NCBI GenBank assembly: GCA_963705505.1
Contig: CAVPJU010000010.1
Coordinates: forward strand, 192,001-256,000
Reading direction: 5' to 3'
Origin: an uncultured bacterium
Lineage (GTDB): Bacteria; Desulfobacterota_D; UBA1144; Nemesobacterales; UBA2774
Length of the DNA stretch: 64,000 nucleotides
In this document: positions 43,391 through 54,127 of the stretch, one piece after another
Layout: every line of letters starts with the position of its first letter
Numbering within the stretch: position 1 is the stretch's first letter
Program-made: the position numbers and the translations under genes
The notes under the pieces: generated by a model
Databases searched by the model: none
Told to the model about the DNA's origin: nothing
What the model saw: the letters and a program-made list of their open reading frames with translations, nothing else

Positions 43391-43421
43391 AGAGGTTAAC
43401 CTCTAATTCCCGGCTTGTCAA
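43391..43421 (-). promoter_or_regulatory. sigma70-type promoter of thrC-thiS with a perfect 14-bp palindrome over the -10 box
   Basis: Minus strand TTGACA, 17 nt, TAACCT; AGAGGTTAACCTCT at 43391-43404. Confidence 0.6.
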
Positions 43422-43447
43422 AGCATCAAGACAATCTTACGTCAGTT

Positions 43448-43873
43448 TTACCAGGTGTCCCGTTTTTCTATTTGCTCGTTTTTGTTTTTATCCTGAAGGA
43501 CTATTTTTTCAAACTCGTCGGCCTCTATAACATTCCCGTTTTTCCTGTAGATTCCGCCCACTACCATATAGTCGTCATCGGCGATTTCCCACGACCCGGG
43601 CATCTCTACGTTGACGAAGTTCCCGTTTAAATCGGAGAGCTTAAAATTTGTTATTACCTCTTTCGAGCCGGCATTTTCCTCAACTACTCCGGCGACTATC
43701 CCCTCCACGGCCACAGTCGCCCCGTCAAAGGCGATGGGCGAGAACAGTATCTTGGAAATAGACGCCCTGAACCCCTGCACGCTCGAACCCGGTATATATT
43801 CGGGCTTTTTATTGCACGCGACAAGGGCCGAAAACAATACAGCCGCAATCAAAAAAACTCTCTCAGGTTTCAA
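43448..43873 (-). CDS. Hypothetical lipoprotein, possible OB fold
   Basis: Signal peptide with lipobox LVAC; beta-rich pattern V.VEG.V...FKLSD..G..V.V...D...VGG. Confidence 0.6.
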   Translation of the reverse strand: MKPERVFLIAAVLFSALVACNKKPEYIPGSSVQGFRASISKILFSPIAFDGATVAVEGIVAGVVEENAGSKEVITNFKLSDLNGNFVNVEMPGSWEIADDDYMVVGGIYRKNGNVIEADEFEKIVLQDKNKNEQIEKRDTW

Positions 43874-44047
43874 AATCTGCCCCCTTTACTCGTTCGGGCA
43901 CATTTATAATATTAAAATTTATTAACGCGCCGAATCTATATTTTACCTTACAAGGTAAATTAATATTAATTTTTCTGGCATAATAACAGCTTCATCCCGC
44001 GCGGCAAGGCACGCAAATACGCGCAAATAACGGGGGGAGAACTATAA

Positions 44048-44854
44048 ATGGATACATTCTCGGGAGCCGGATACGGAATTGCCAGGATAAAAACGCCTGA
44101 GAGCGACAGCAACTACAGCTATATAATCTGGTGCACGGAGACATCGGAATGCGCCGTTATAGACCCCTTAGACCCGGTGCCCATACTTAATTTCATAAGG
44201 GATAACGGACTCCACGTCGAATACATAATTAACACGCACTGCCATCCCGACCATGTCATGGGGAACGACCCCATCCTCAAGGTCACACTTTCGAAGATAC
44301 TCGTCCACCCGCTGGGCGCGGGCATGGTCTCGCCCAGGAGCGCGACAGTAAACGACGGGGACACGATCGATGTCGGAAAATTAAATATCAATGTTGTGCA
44401 TACTCCCGGCCACTGCCCTGAACATATATTGCTGCTCATGGGAGAAAACGTCTTTACGGGGGATACGCTCTTTTTGTCCGGCTGCGGGAACTTGAAGCAC
44501 GGGGGCAATGCCGAGGATCTATTCAGAAGCATAGACACGAAGCTGAGGCCTCTGCCCGATAACTTCCGCATATTCGCCGGGCACGACTATGCGGATGCGA
44601 ACCTGAGGTTCGCCCTCGATCTCGAGCCCGGAAACAGGGAAGCCAAAAAGAAGCTCGACGAGATAAAAAAGCTGCGAACGAAAGGGAAAGAGCCCGCGCC
44701 CACAACTATCGGCGAAGAAAAGAAATATAACCCATTTCTCCGCTTCGATTCGCCGGAAGTTATCGAAACGCTAAGGAAAAGAAATAAGCGGCTCGACGCC
44801 TCTCCCGCCTCCATATTCAAGGAGATGAGGAAGCTGAGAGACGATTGGAAGTGA
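44048..44854 (+). CDS. gloB: Hydroxyacylglutathione hydrolase (glyoxalase II)-like metallo-beta-lactamase-fold protein
   Basis: THCHPDH, TPGH, FTGDTLF..GCG, GHDY...NLRFA, TIGEEK..NPFLR. Confidence 0.85.
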   Translation: MDTFSGAGYGIARIKTPESDSNYSYIIWCTETSECAVIDPLDPVPILNFIRDNGLHVEYIINTHCHPDHVMGNDPILKVTLSKILVHPLGAGMVSPRSATVNDGDTIDVGKLNINVVHTPGHCPEHILLLMGENVFTGDTLFLSGCGNLKHGGNAEDLFRSIDTKLRPLPDNFRIFAGHDYADANLRFALDLEPGNREAKKKLDEIKKLRTKGKEPAPTTIGEEKKYNPFLRFDSPEVIETLRKRNKRLDASPASIFKEMRKLRDDWK

Positions 44855-44910
44855 AGCAGCCGCCTTCACCGAACTACCCCTCAAAAATCGTTTTGGTATA
44901 ATAAAGCCTT

Positions 44911-47900
44911 ATGAATAAAAAGGATTCAGTGCAGTATTCACTTCTGAGAAAGCTTCTCGCCGAGCGGATACTCTTCATCGACGGCGCTATGGGCACCATG
45001 ATACAGCGCTACAAGCCCGAAGAAAAAGAGTTCCGCGGGGAGATTTTTAAAGACCACCCGCTCGACCTCAAGGGCAATAACGACCTCCTCTGCCTCACGA
45101 GACCGGACATAGTATCCGAAATACACCGCAAGTACCTGGAGGCGGGCGCGGATATAATCGAGACCAACACGTTTAACGCGAACCGTATCTCCCAGTCGGA
45201 TTATAAGCTTGAAGGGATCGTTTACGAATTAAACAAGGCCGCAGCGGGGCTCGCCAGGAAAACCGCGGACCAATTCATGTCCGAACACCCGGGGCGTAAG
45301 TGCTTCGTCGCGGGCGCGCTCGGCCCCACGACAAAATCGGCATCTATCTCGCCCGACGTCAGTAACCCTGCTGTAAGGGGCGTGACGTTCGATGAGCTCG
45401 TCGAGGCGTATTACGAACAACTGAGAGGACTCGTGGACGGCGGCATCGATATCATACTCGCCGAGACGACGTTCGACACGCTCAACCTCAAGGCCGCAAT
45501 TTACGGGATATACAGGTTCCTCGACGAGCACCCCGTACGGCTCCCGCTAATGCTCTCTGTGACCGTCACGGACGCCTCGGGAAGGACGCTCTCGGGTCAG
45601 ACTCTCGAGGCCTTCTGGAACTCCGTAAGGCATGCGAGGCCGATGAGCGTGGGTATAAACTGCGCCCTCGGCGCGGAGCAGATGCGTCCCTACATAGAAG
45701 AGCTCTCGAGGATAGCCGACTGCTTCATAAGCTGCTACCCGAACGCCGGCCTTCCGAACCCGCTTAGCGAGACAGGGTATGACCAGACTCCGGCCGATAC
45801 TTCTTCATACCTCGAGGATTTCGCACGGAGCGGGTTCCTCAACATAGTAGGGGGGTGCTGCGGCACTACTCCCGAGCACATTAAAGCCATAGCGGAAAAG
45901 GTGGGCAAGTACCCGCCCCGCAAGATTCCCGGACATTAAGCCCGCAACGCGCCTGAGCGGTCTCGAGGCTCTTAACATAGGCGAGAACGCGCCTTTCATA
46001 ATGGTCGGGGAGCGGACAAACGTAACGGGCTCGCCCCGCTTCGCGAAGCTCATCAAAGAGGACGATTTCGAAGGGGCTTTAAGTATCGCGAAGCAGCAGG
46101 TAGAGAACGGCGCGAATATAGTAGACGTCAACTTCGACGAGGCTCTCCTCGACGGCGAAGCCTGCATGACGAGATTTCTCAACCTCATTGCGTCCGAGCC
46201 CGACATAGCACGCGTCCCGGTCATGATAGACAGCTCAAAGTTCACCGTGATCGAGGCGGGCTTAAAGTGTGTTCAGGGCAAGGGCATAGTCAATTCCATA
46301 AGCCTGAAAGAAGGGGAAGCAAAATTCATAGAGCAGGCCCGGAAGATAATGCGCTACGGGGCGGCTGCCGTCGTGATGGCCTTTGACGAGGAAGGACAGG
46401 CCGCGACTAAAGACGAAAAGGTCAGGATATGCAGGCGCGTGTACAAGCTCCTTACGGAGAGAGTCGGCATGGACCCGAACGATATTATTTTCGACCCGAA
46501 CGTCCTCACTGTGGCAACGGGCATCGAGGAGCACAACAACTACGCGCTCGATTTTATAGAGGCGGTAAAGGAAATCAAGGCTTCATGCCCCGGCGCGAAA
46601 ACGAGCGGCGGTATAAGCAATATTTCGTTCTCATTCCGCGGAAACAACGTAGTAAGAGAGGCGATGCACAGCGCTTTCCTCTACCACGCGATAAATGCGG
46701 GGCTCGACATGGCTATAGTGAACGCCGGTATGCTCGAGGTCTATGAGGAAATAGACAAGGAGCTCCTCGAAAAGGTGGAGGACGTGCTCCTCAACAGAAG
46801 GCCCGACGCAACGGAAATACTCGTAGATTACGCGGAAAAGATAAAAGACACGGGCAAGACGAGAGAAAAGGAGACCGAGACCTGGAGGGAGGGGAGCGTA
46901 GAGGAAAGGCTCTCACATGCCCTCGTTAAGGGTATAGACGCATATATAGAGAAGGACACCGAAGAGGCGCACATTAAATACGAAAGGCCTCTCGACGTCA
47001 TAGAAGGGCCGCTCATGGACGGTATGAAGGTAGTAGGCGAGCTTTTCGGCGAGGGGAAGATGTTCCTCCCTCAGGTCGTAAAGAGCGCAAGAGTCATGAA
47101 AAAGGCCGTCGCTTATCTCGAGCCCTTCATGGAGGCGGAGAAGAAAAAGGCCGGCGGCGGCAACGCCAGGGGGAAATTCGTCATTGCGACCGTCAAGGGA
47201 GACGTCCACGACATAGGTAAAAACATCGTCTCCGTCGTGCTTGGCTGCAACAATTACGAGGTAATTGATTTAGGCGTGATGGTCCCATGCGAAAATATAT
47301 TGAAGAAGGCTAGGGAAGTTGACGCGAATATCATAGGCATGAGCGGTCTGATCACGCCGTCTCTTGACGAGATGGTACATAACGCTTCCGAGATGGAGAG
47401 GCAGGGGTTCAGCACGCCGCTCCTCATCGGGGGAGCCACGACGAGCAAGGCCCACACGGCGATAAAAATAGCCCCTCACTATAGCGGCGTAGTAAGCCAC
47501 GTCCAGGACGCTTCCCTTGTTGTAGGAGTCTGCAACGACCTGCTCAACCCGGAGAAGTACCGGGATTTCGTCAGGGAGCAGGAAAAAAAGCACGACGAGC
47601 TGAGAAAGCTCCACGAGAAATCGAAGATGAAGACCGGATACCTACCGATAGACCGGGCAAGGGCGAAAGGGTTTACCGACGATTGGAAAAAGACCAGGAT
47701 CGACGCGCCTGAAAAGCTCGGGGTTCAGGTATTCGACCACATACACCTCGAATACGTTATCCCCTACATAGACTGGTCCCCGCTCTTTTGGGTATGGGAG
47801 CTCAAGGGGCAATACCCCAAGATACTGGAGCACAAGAAATGGGGCAAGCAGGCGAAGAACCTATTCGACGACGCTCAAAAGATCCTGAAACGAATAATCT

Positions 47901-48610
47901 CCGAAAAAAGGTTCAGGCCTAAAGCGGTTCTCGGGTTCTGGCCCGCCGGAAGGGTAGGAGACGACGTCGAAATTTATTCGGACAAGAGCCGCAGAGAAGC
48001 GATTGCGACGTTCCACTTCCTCCGCCAGCAAACGGACAGGGGGGAGAACGAGAAATACCTCTGCCTGGCCGATTTCGTGGCGCCCGTGGAATCGGGGCGG
48101 GAGGACTATCTGGGCGGGTTCGTTGTCACGGCAGGCGAGGGCGTCGAGCAGTACGCCCATTACTTAAAAGAAAAGCACGACGATTACTCGGCAATCATGG
48201 TACAGGCTCTCGGGGACAGGATAGCCGAGGCGCTTGCCGAGATGATGCACAAAAAAGCGCGCGAGAACTGGGGCTACGGAAAGAACGAGAATCTCTCATA
48301 CGAGGATTTGATCAAGGAGAAATACAGGGGCATAAGACCCGCCCCCGGCTATCCCGCTTGCCCCGACCACACGGAGAAGGCTCTAATATGGCGACTCCTC
48401 GACGCCGAGAATAACATCGGGGCAAGGCTCACCGAGAACTACGCCATTTATCCCCCGAGCTCGGTCGCGGGGCTCTATTTCGCCCATCCAAAGTCAAAGT
48501 ATTTCCACCTCGGCGACATCGACAGGGACCAGGCGGAGGACTATGCGAGGCGTAAGGGCATGACACTCTCGGAAGTCGAGAAGTGGCTCCGGCCCAACCT
48601 CGGCTACTGA
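44911..48610 (+). CDS. metH: Cobalamin-dependent methionine synthase MetH; frameshifted near 45928-45930
   Basis: DGAMGT and GGCCGT (homocysteine domain); the linker TRLSGLE is one base out of frame; [30 protein letters not shown]. Confidence 0.93.
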
Positions 48611-48621
48611 TGCGGAAACCG

Positions 48622-49011
48622 TCAACCGTTCCTTGCCGCAAAGCGGGAAATTAAATCCCTCATTTCGAGTGAGAATTTTGACCTCGGAAGCACTATATCG
48701 TATCCGGCATCGATCGCCTCTTTTTTCAGTCCGGTCTCCACATGCGGAAGGTAGCCTATGAACCGGGCCCCTTTAAGATTATCGAGACCCTTAAGCTCTT
48801 TGATTAACTCTATCGGATCTACTTTTTTATGGGCGAGGTCGACGATAACGAGCGAGGGAGATGTAGAAGAAATCCTATCGATTATTCCCTCCATCCCCTT
48901 AATGAAATCTATACCTACCCCGGCTGCTTTAGCCGCTTCCCTGATCTTGGATGCGAAGAACATATCGTCAAGCACCGCGACCGCGTAGCCCGAATTTGTA
49001 TTATCAACCAC
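48622..49011 (-). CDS. Single-domain receiver-like (CheY-fold) protein, atypical
   Basis: GTG start after AAGGGAG; AVLDD, LVIVDL, AGYDIV pattern; canonical K-P replaced by LPRS. Confidence 0.6.
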   Translation of the reverse strand: MVDNTNSGYAVAVLDDMFFASKIREAAKAAGVGIDFIKGMEGIIDRISSTSPSLVIVDLAHKKVDPIELIKELKGLDNLKGARFIGYLPHVETGLKKEAIDAGYDIVLPRSKFSLEMRDLISRFAARNG

Positions 49012-49075
49012 TCTATTACTCCCTTTAAAAATAGAGTGTATATTAAATTCCCGTTCACTCAAAACAGGGCCCATC

Positions 49076-49798
49076 ATGAAAAGAGTCAGGATCAGAACCA
49101 TATTCTTCGACGCGGCAGACACGCTTTTTTACATAAGGCGGGGGCTCGGACACACCTACGCCGAGGTCGCCGCAAAATACGGCGCGTCTCCCGACCCCGG
49201 TGAAATAAAAAAGGCGTTCTCACGGGCATTCAAATCGGCTCCCCCGCTCGCCTTCGGCAATGTCTCAAATGAGGAGAGAAAGAGAGCGGAGAAAGAATGG
49301 TGGCGGTCAGTAGTCGAGGAGGTTTATTCGGAGATCGGAATGTTCGACGAATTCGACGCCCATTTCGACGAGCTGTTCGAGGTATTCAGGGGAGGGGCCT
49401 GGACTCTCTTTCCCGAAACGACCGAAGTCCTCTCGTCTCTCAAGAATAAGGGCTACAGCCTCGGCATAATATCCAACTTCGATTCGAGGGTCTACGACGT
49501 GATGAAGGAGCTCGGTATTTACGATTTCTTCGACACGTTCGTTATATCGAGTGAGGCAGGTCACGCGAAACCCTCCCACGGCATATACTCGATCGCGCTT
49601 GAGCGCGCAGGCAGGGAGTCCCATGAGGTGATCCACATAGGGGATGACCTCTGCAACGACTTCCACGGCGCGAGGGCCCTCGGGATAAGGGCGCTGCTCC
49701 TGGACAGGGAAGGGGAATACGCGGCCGCGGGGGGAATGGACAGGATAGGCGACCTTACCGCAATCGAGAAGGTCCTCGACAAAAAGGGCCGGCTTTAG
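49076..49798 (+). CDS. HAD-superfamily hydrolase (subfamily IA)
   Basis: FFDAADTL, ISNFD, KP, HIGDD...D..GA..LG. Confidence 0.88.
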   Translation: MKRVRIRTIFFDAADTLFYIRRGLGHTYAEVAAKYGASPDPGEIKKAFSRAFKSAPPLAFGNVSNEERKRAEKEWWRSVVEEVYSEIGMFDEFDAHFDELFEVFRGGAWTLFPETTEVLSSLKNKGYSLGIISNFDSRVYDVMKELGIYDFFDTFVISSEAGHAKPSHGIYSIALERAGRESHEVIHIGDDLCNDFHGARALGIRALLLDREGEYAAAGGMDRIGDLTAIEKVLDKKGRL

Positions 49799-49828
49799 AG
49801 TATCAATTTATAATTCCGGAGGAGCATC

Positions 49829-50266
49829 ATGACTGGAGCAGCTTGGGCATTACTCGTCGCGGCGATATGGGGAATATCCCCTATATTCGAAAAACTGAGC
49901 CTGGAAAAGACCGCGCCTTTTACGGTTATGACCATAAGGTTTATGTTTACCACGGTGCTCGTAGTAATTATATCTCTCGTGACGGGGCAGTTCAGGGACA
50001 TAAAGAACGTGGACGGCGTTTCACTCCTCTGGATATGCCTCGGAGGGCTCGTCGGGGGCGTCCTGGGTCTTCTCCTCTATTTCGTAGTCTTGAAGCAGAA
50101 CGCCGCAAGCCACGTAGTGCCGATCGCGGCCTCATTCCCGCTCTTCACGACAGTCTATGCATACTTCTTCCTGAGAGAGCAGATCACTCCCGTACGCGTT
50201 GCCGGAATATTTCTGGTTGTGATAGGGGTTGTGCTTTTAAACTGGAAGAGCATAGTCCCCGACTAG
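49829..50266 (+). CDS. EamA/DMT-family small membrane transporter
   Basis: Five TM helices; WG..PIFEK; VVPIAA..PLFT...A.FFLRE. Confidence 0.85.
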   Translation: MTGAAWALLVAAIWGISPIFEKLSLEKTAPFTVMTIRFMFTTVLVVIISLVTGQFRDIKNVDGVSLLWICLGGLVGGVLGLLLYFVVLKQNAASHVVPIAASFPLFTTVYAYFFLREQITPVRVAGIFLVVIGVVLLNWKSIVPD

Positions 50267-50466
50267 GAGCTGTGCTGATTTTCAGTTTTGTTCTTGTTTG
50301 AGGCAAAAACTACGAAAGCCATTGACGGCCTTCTTGAGGATTCCCTCATGGCGAAGTGTATGCCGTCGAGCACCCAGCCCTCGCCGACCCACCTGTTTAT
50401 AATCTTCTCGAGCTCCTCATCCGTGACGAGTGCGACTTCCACCACTTTGTAACTCGTATATTCCAT
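50263..50466 (-). CDS. Small DUF4177-like protein
   Basis: YKVVE....DEELEKIIN.W..EGW.L pattern; 3 nt downstream of hemB. Confidence 0.65.
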   Translation of the reverse strand: MEYTSYKVVEVALVTDEELEKIINRWVGEGWVLDGIHFAMRESSRRPSMAFVVFASNKNKTENQHSS

Positions 50467-50469
50467 AGC

Positions 50470-51453
50470 TTATTTCCGCGACCCGTTCAGAATCCCGGCC
50501 GCTTCCCTCGCGTGGTATGTGATTATCAGGTCGGCCCCGGCCCTCTTGATGCTCGTCAGTATCTCCATCATGACCTGCTCCTCGTCGATCCATCCAAGGC
50601 GTCCCGCCGCCTTGACCATCGAATACTCACCGCTCACGTTGTAAGCGGCTATCGGGTGATCAAACCCCTCCCTAGCGGCCCTTATAACGTCGAGATAGGA
50701 AAGGGCGGGCTTTATCATCACTATATCAGCCCCTTCCTCTATATCGAGGGCAATCTCCCTCATCGCCTCCCTCACGTTGCGGTGGTCCATCTGGTAGCTC
50801 TTCCTGTCCCCGAACTGGGGCGGGGACTCCGCGGCGTCCCTGAAAGGCCCGTAGAAAGAAGACGCGTACTTCGCTGAATAGGACATAATCGGCAGGTTCT
50901 CGAAGCCGTTATCATCGAGCACGTCCCTTATCACGCCCACGCGGCCGTCCATCATATCCGAAGGGGCCACGATATCCGCCCCTGCCTCCGCGTGCGAGAG
51001 GGCCATTTTGGCGAGGTACTCGACTGTCTCGTCGTTATCCACATCGCCGTGCTTGATAATGCCGCAGTGCCCGTGGCTCGTATATTCGCACATACAGACG
51101 TCAGTAATAACTACGAGGCCCTTCGCTTTCTTTTTCAATTCCCTGAGCGCCTTCTGAATTATCCCGTTAGGGTCATACCCCTGTGACCCGGTCTCGTCCT
51201 TCTTCTCCGGTATACCGAAAAGGAGTATTGAATTGATGCCCTGCTTCTCGGCCTCGAGGGCTTCCTTTACGATATTGTCTATCGACTGCTTGTAGATACC
51301 GGGCATCGAGCTCACTTCCTCTCTCACACCCTTTCCCGGCATTACGAACATCGGGTAGATGAGCTCTCCGGCCGAGATATCGGTCTCGGAAATCATCTCT
51401 CTCAGGCGCTCGTTCTTTCTCAATCTTCTCGGACGGTAAGCGGGGAAGTACAT
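50470..51453 (-). CDS. hemB: Porphobilinogen synthase (ALA dehydratase)
   Basis: [20 protein letters not shown] (Zn site), SDMMDGR, YGPFRDA, MIKPA. Confidence 0.98.
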   Translation of the reverse strand: MYFPAYRPRRLRKNERLREMISETDISAGELIYPMFVMPGKGVREEVSSMPGIYKQSIDNIVKEALEAEKQGINSILLFGIPEKKDETGSQGYDPNGIIQKALRELKKKAKGLVVITDVCMCEYTSHGHCGIIKHGDVDNDETVEYLAKMALSHAEAGADIVAPSDMMDGRVGVIRDVLDDNGFENLPIMSYSAKYASSFYGPFRDAAESPPQFGDRKSYQMDHRNVREAMREIALDIEEGADIVMIKPALSYLDVIRAAREGFDHPIAAYNVSGEYSMVKAAGRLGWIDEEQVMMEILTSIKRAGADLIITYHAREAAGILNGSRK

Positions 51454-51583
51454 ACGTGTTTATTTTAATTGCTCTTTCGCGCCTAAGTCAATAAACGACC
51501 TTTTATTTATTTACATTAACTTTTGATGTTTTCGGGCTTTTGTATATTATTAATTCCTGGCAAATTCCCCGCGGACAAAGACA

Positions 51584-53269
51584 ATGGACGAAAATAATGA
51601 CAAAAAGAGCCTCGACTTCATAAGGGCCATCATCGAAGAAGACATAGAGAGCGGAAAGTACGGAGGAAGGGTCGCAACGAGGTTCCCCCCGGAGCCCAAC
51701 GGCTACCTCCACATAGGACACGCAAAGTCCATATGCCTCAATTTCGGCGCAGCCGAGGAATACGGGGGCACATGCAACCTGAGATTCGACGATACGAACC
51801 CGACCAAGGAGGACACCGAGTTCGTCGAATCCATAATGAACGACGTCAGGTGGCTCGGCTTCGACTGGGAGGACAGGCTCTATTACGCCTCCGATTATTT
51901 CCGGCATTTATACGATTACGCAGTGCAGCTGATCAAGGACGGGAAGGCTTATGTCGACAGCCTTACGCCCGACCAGATAAGGGAGTACAGGGGCACGCTG
52001 AACGAGCCCGGAAGGGAAAGCCCATATAGAAACAGGCCCGTCGGGGAAAACCTCGACCTCTTCGAGCGTATGAAAAAGGGCGAATTCGAGGAGGGCGCCC
52101 ATGTGCTCAGGGCGAAGATAGACATGTCCTCTGGCAACATAAACATGCGGGACCCGGTCATGTACAGGATACTCCGGGAGCCCCATTACAGGACCGGTGA
52201 GGACTGGCGCATCTATCCCATGTACGATTACGCCCACTGCATCTCGGACTCCATCGAGAGAATAACGCATTCACTATGCACGCTCGAATTCGAGGACCAC
52301 AGGCCGCTCTACGACTGGTTTCTCGACGAGCTCGGCATATACCACCCGCAGCAGATAGAGTTCTCGCGTTTAAACCTCAACTACACGGTCATGAGCAAGA
52401 GGAGGCTCCTTGAGCTCGTCCAGAACGGGTACGTGTCCGGGTGGGACGACCCCAGGATGCCCACCATCTCGGGGCTCCGGAGAAGGGGGTACACCCCCGC
52501 TTCGATAAGGAACTTCTGCGCCAGGATAGGGGTGACTAAACAGGAGAGCGTAATGGACATGTCGCTCCTTGAGCACAGCGTGAGGGAAGACCTCAACAAA
52601 AAGGCGCTCCGCGTAATGGCCGTCCTCAACCCGCTCAAGGTAGTGATAACAAATTATCCCGCGGGTCTCACAGAGGAGATGGATGCCGTAAACAACCCCG
52701 AGGACTTGAGCATGGGGACGAGGAAGGTCCCTTTCTCGGGAGAGCTATACATCGAAAGGGACGATTTTATGGAAGACCCGCCTAAAAAGTTCTTCCGTCT
52801 CTCCCCCGGCGTGGAAGTGAGACTCAGGTACGCGTACTTCATTAAATGCTCGGGCGTATTAAAGAACGACCAAGGCGAAATTACAGAGCTTCACTGCACA
52901 TACGACCCGGAGACGAGGGGAGGGGACGCGCCCGACGGCAGGAAGGTCAAGGCCACGATACACTGGGTTTCGGCGAAACACGCTGTAAAAGCCGAGGTCA
53001 GGCTCTACGACAGGCTTTTCACCGACCCCGAGCCCGGAAGCGGAGGCGGGGATTACAAGGATTCTCTTAACCCCGGCTCCCTCGTCGCGCTCAAGGAATG
53101 CAGGCTGGAGCCCGGCCTTGGGGATGCAGAGCCCGGCGTCAACTATCAGTTCGAGAGGCTCGGGTATTTCACGCCGGACTTGAGGGATTCAAAAAAAGGT
53201 GCCCCGGTATTCAACAGGACTGTCACGCTGAAAGACACATGGGCGAAGGAAAAGGGTAAGCAGGAATAG
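51584..53269 (+). CDS. glnS: Glutamine--tRNA ligase
   Basis: [53 protein letters not shown]. Confidence 0.96.
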   Translation: MDENNDKKSLDFIRAIIEEDIESGKYGGRVATRFPPEPNGYLHIGHAKSICLNFGAAEEYGGTCNLRFDDTNPTKEDTEFVESIMNDVRWLGFDWEDRLYYASDYFRHLYDYAVQLIKDGKAYVDSLTPDQIREYRGTLNEPGRESPYRNRPVGENLDLFERMKKGEFEEGAHVLRAKIDMSSGNINMRDPVMYRILREPHYRTGEDWRIYPMYDYAHCISDSIERITHSLCTLEFEDHRPLYDWFLDELGIYHPQQIEFSRLNLNYTVMSKRRLLELVQNGYVSGWDDPRMPTISGLRRRGYTPASIRNFCARIGVTKQESVMDMSLLEHSVREDLNKKALRVMAVLNPLKVVITNYPAGLTEEMDAVNNPEDLSMGTRKVPFSGELYIERDDFMEDPPKKFFRLSPGVEVRLRYAYFIKCSGVLKNDQGEITELHCTYDPETRGGDAPDGRKVKATIHWVSAKHAVKAEVRLYDRLFTDPEPGSGGGDYKDSLNPGSLVALKECRLEPGLGDAEPGVNYQFERLGYFTPDLRDSKKGAPVFNRTVTLKDTWAKEKGKQE

Positions 53270-53301
53270 TCGTCCGAATTTACTTCAGCCGGGCAATCGC
53301 T

Positions 53302-54066
53302 TCACCCGGGATACTGATACCCGCTCTTTCCCAGTTCATTACCGTCGAGGTAAACGTTATCGTCTTTGTCTATCCCTAGCCTGCCTTTGGCTATGAGGTG
53401 GTGGACGGCGTATGGGAATACCTTCCACTCACCTTCCGAGCGTATCCGCTCGCTCACGGCTTCCGAGTCCGACTCCTTAAACCCGCCCAGTGATATAGGC
53501 TGCGACTGGACGAGCGCGGGGCCGAACCTCTCGTTCTCCCTCTCGAGATAAACTGTGCATTTGATCGTGCTCTCGCCCGCTCGTATAGCCTGAACGGAAG
53601 CATCCACACCCCTTATCAGATAGTCCTTCGTTATATCCCCCGGATAGAGGTTCACTACCCTGTTTTTATATCTCGCGAGAAACATGCCGCCCAATCTTCG
53701 TCTGTATCCCGCGAGCACTATGAGGTCGGGCTTGCAAATATCCTCTACAAGGGCGATCGTGGCAGCGTCGAAATAATCCCTTCCCACCTCATCGTCCGGG
53801 TTTTTGCCGAGCGTTGAGAAAAAGAGCTTCGAGCTCAGGCTCAGGACGGGGATGCCAAACTCCCGGGCTTTGATTGCGCCCTTGCATTCCGGGACATTCG
53901 TGAACACGGCATCTATCCTGCCGAATGACTTCTCTCCCTCTTTTTCGAGCCTCTTTTGCTCTTCGTACACAGATATGAAATTTGTGCCCGAGCCCGAGAG
54001 GAAGACCGCAACGCTCATCGGCGACCGCACGGGATTAAAAATCGGCTCTATCCGCTGGGTGTTCAT
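53302..54066 (-). CDS. PurN-like formyltransferase-fold protein with altered catalytic residues
   Basis: VFLSGSGTNF and PDLIVLAGY retained; NLYPGD replaces N(I/L)HP and ERFGP replaces D.GP. Confidence 0.75.
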   Translation of the reverse strand: MNTQRIEPIFNPVRSPMSVAVFLSGSGTNFISVYEEQKRLEKEGEKSFGRIDAVFTNVPECKGAIKAREFGIPVLSLSSKLFFSTLGKNPDDEVGRDYFDAATIALVEDICKPDLIVLAGYRRRLGGMFLARYKNRVVNLYPGDITKDYLIRGVDASVQAIRAGESTIKCTVYLERENERFGPALVQSQPISLGGFKESDSEAVSERIRSEGEWKVFPYAVHHLIAKGRLGIDKDDNVYLDGNELGKSGYQYPG

Positions 54067-54127
54067 AGGGGGTAAAATTTATTTGCAATATCCGTTAAGT
54101 CATGGAAAGTATATCTATTTAAATACC

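Noticed and set aside
44048..44854. MBL-fold protein as a persulfide dioxygenase of the sulfur-carrier pathway
   Set aside because: It has the glyoxalase II C-terminal domain (GHDY..NLRFA, EK..NPFLR), so GloB fits better.
44911..46001. Naturally split metH (separate homocysteine-binding gene)
   Set aside because: The conserved linker TRLSGLE is retained one base out of frame and ATG 46001 has no clear RBS, so a single-base insertion is the simpler explanation.
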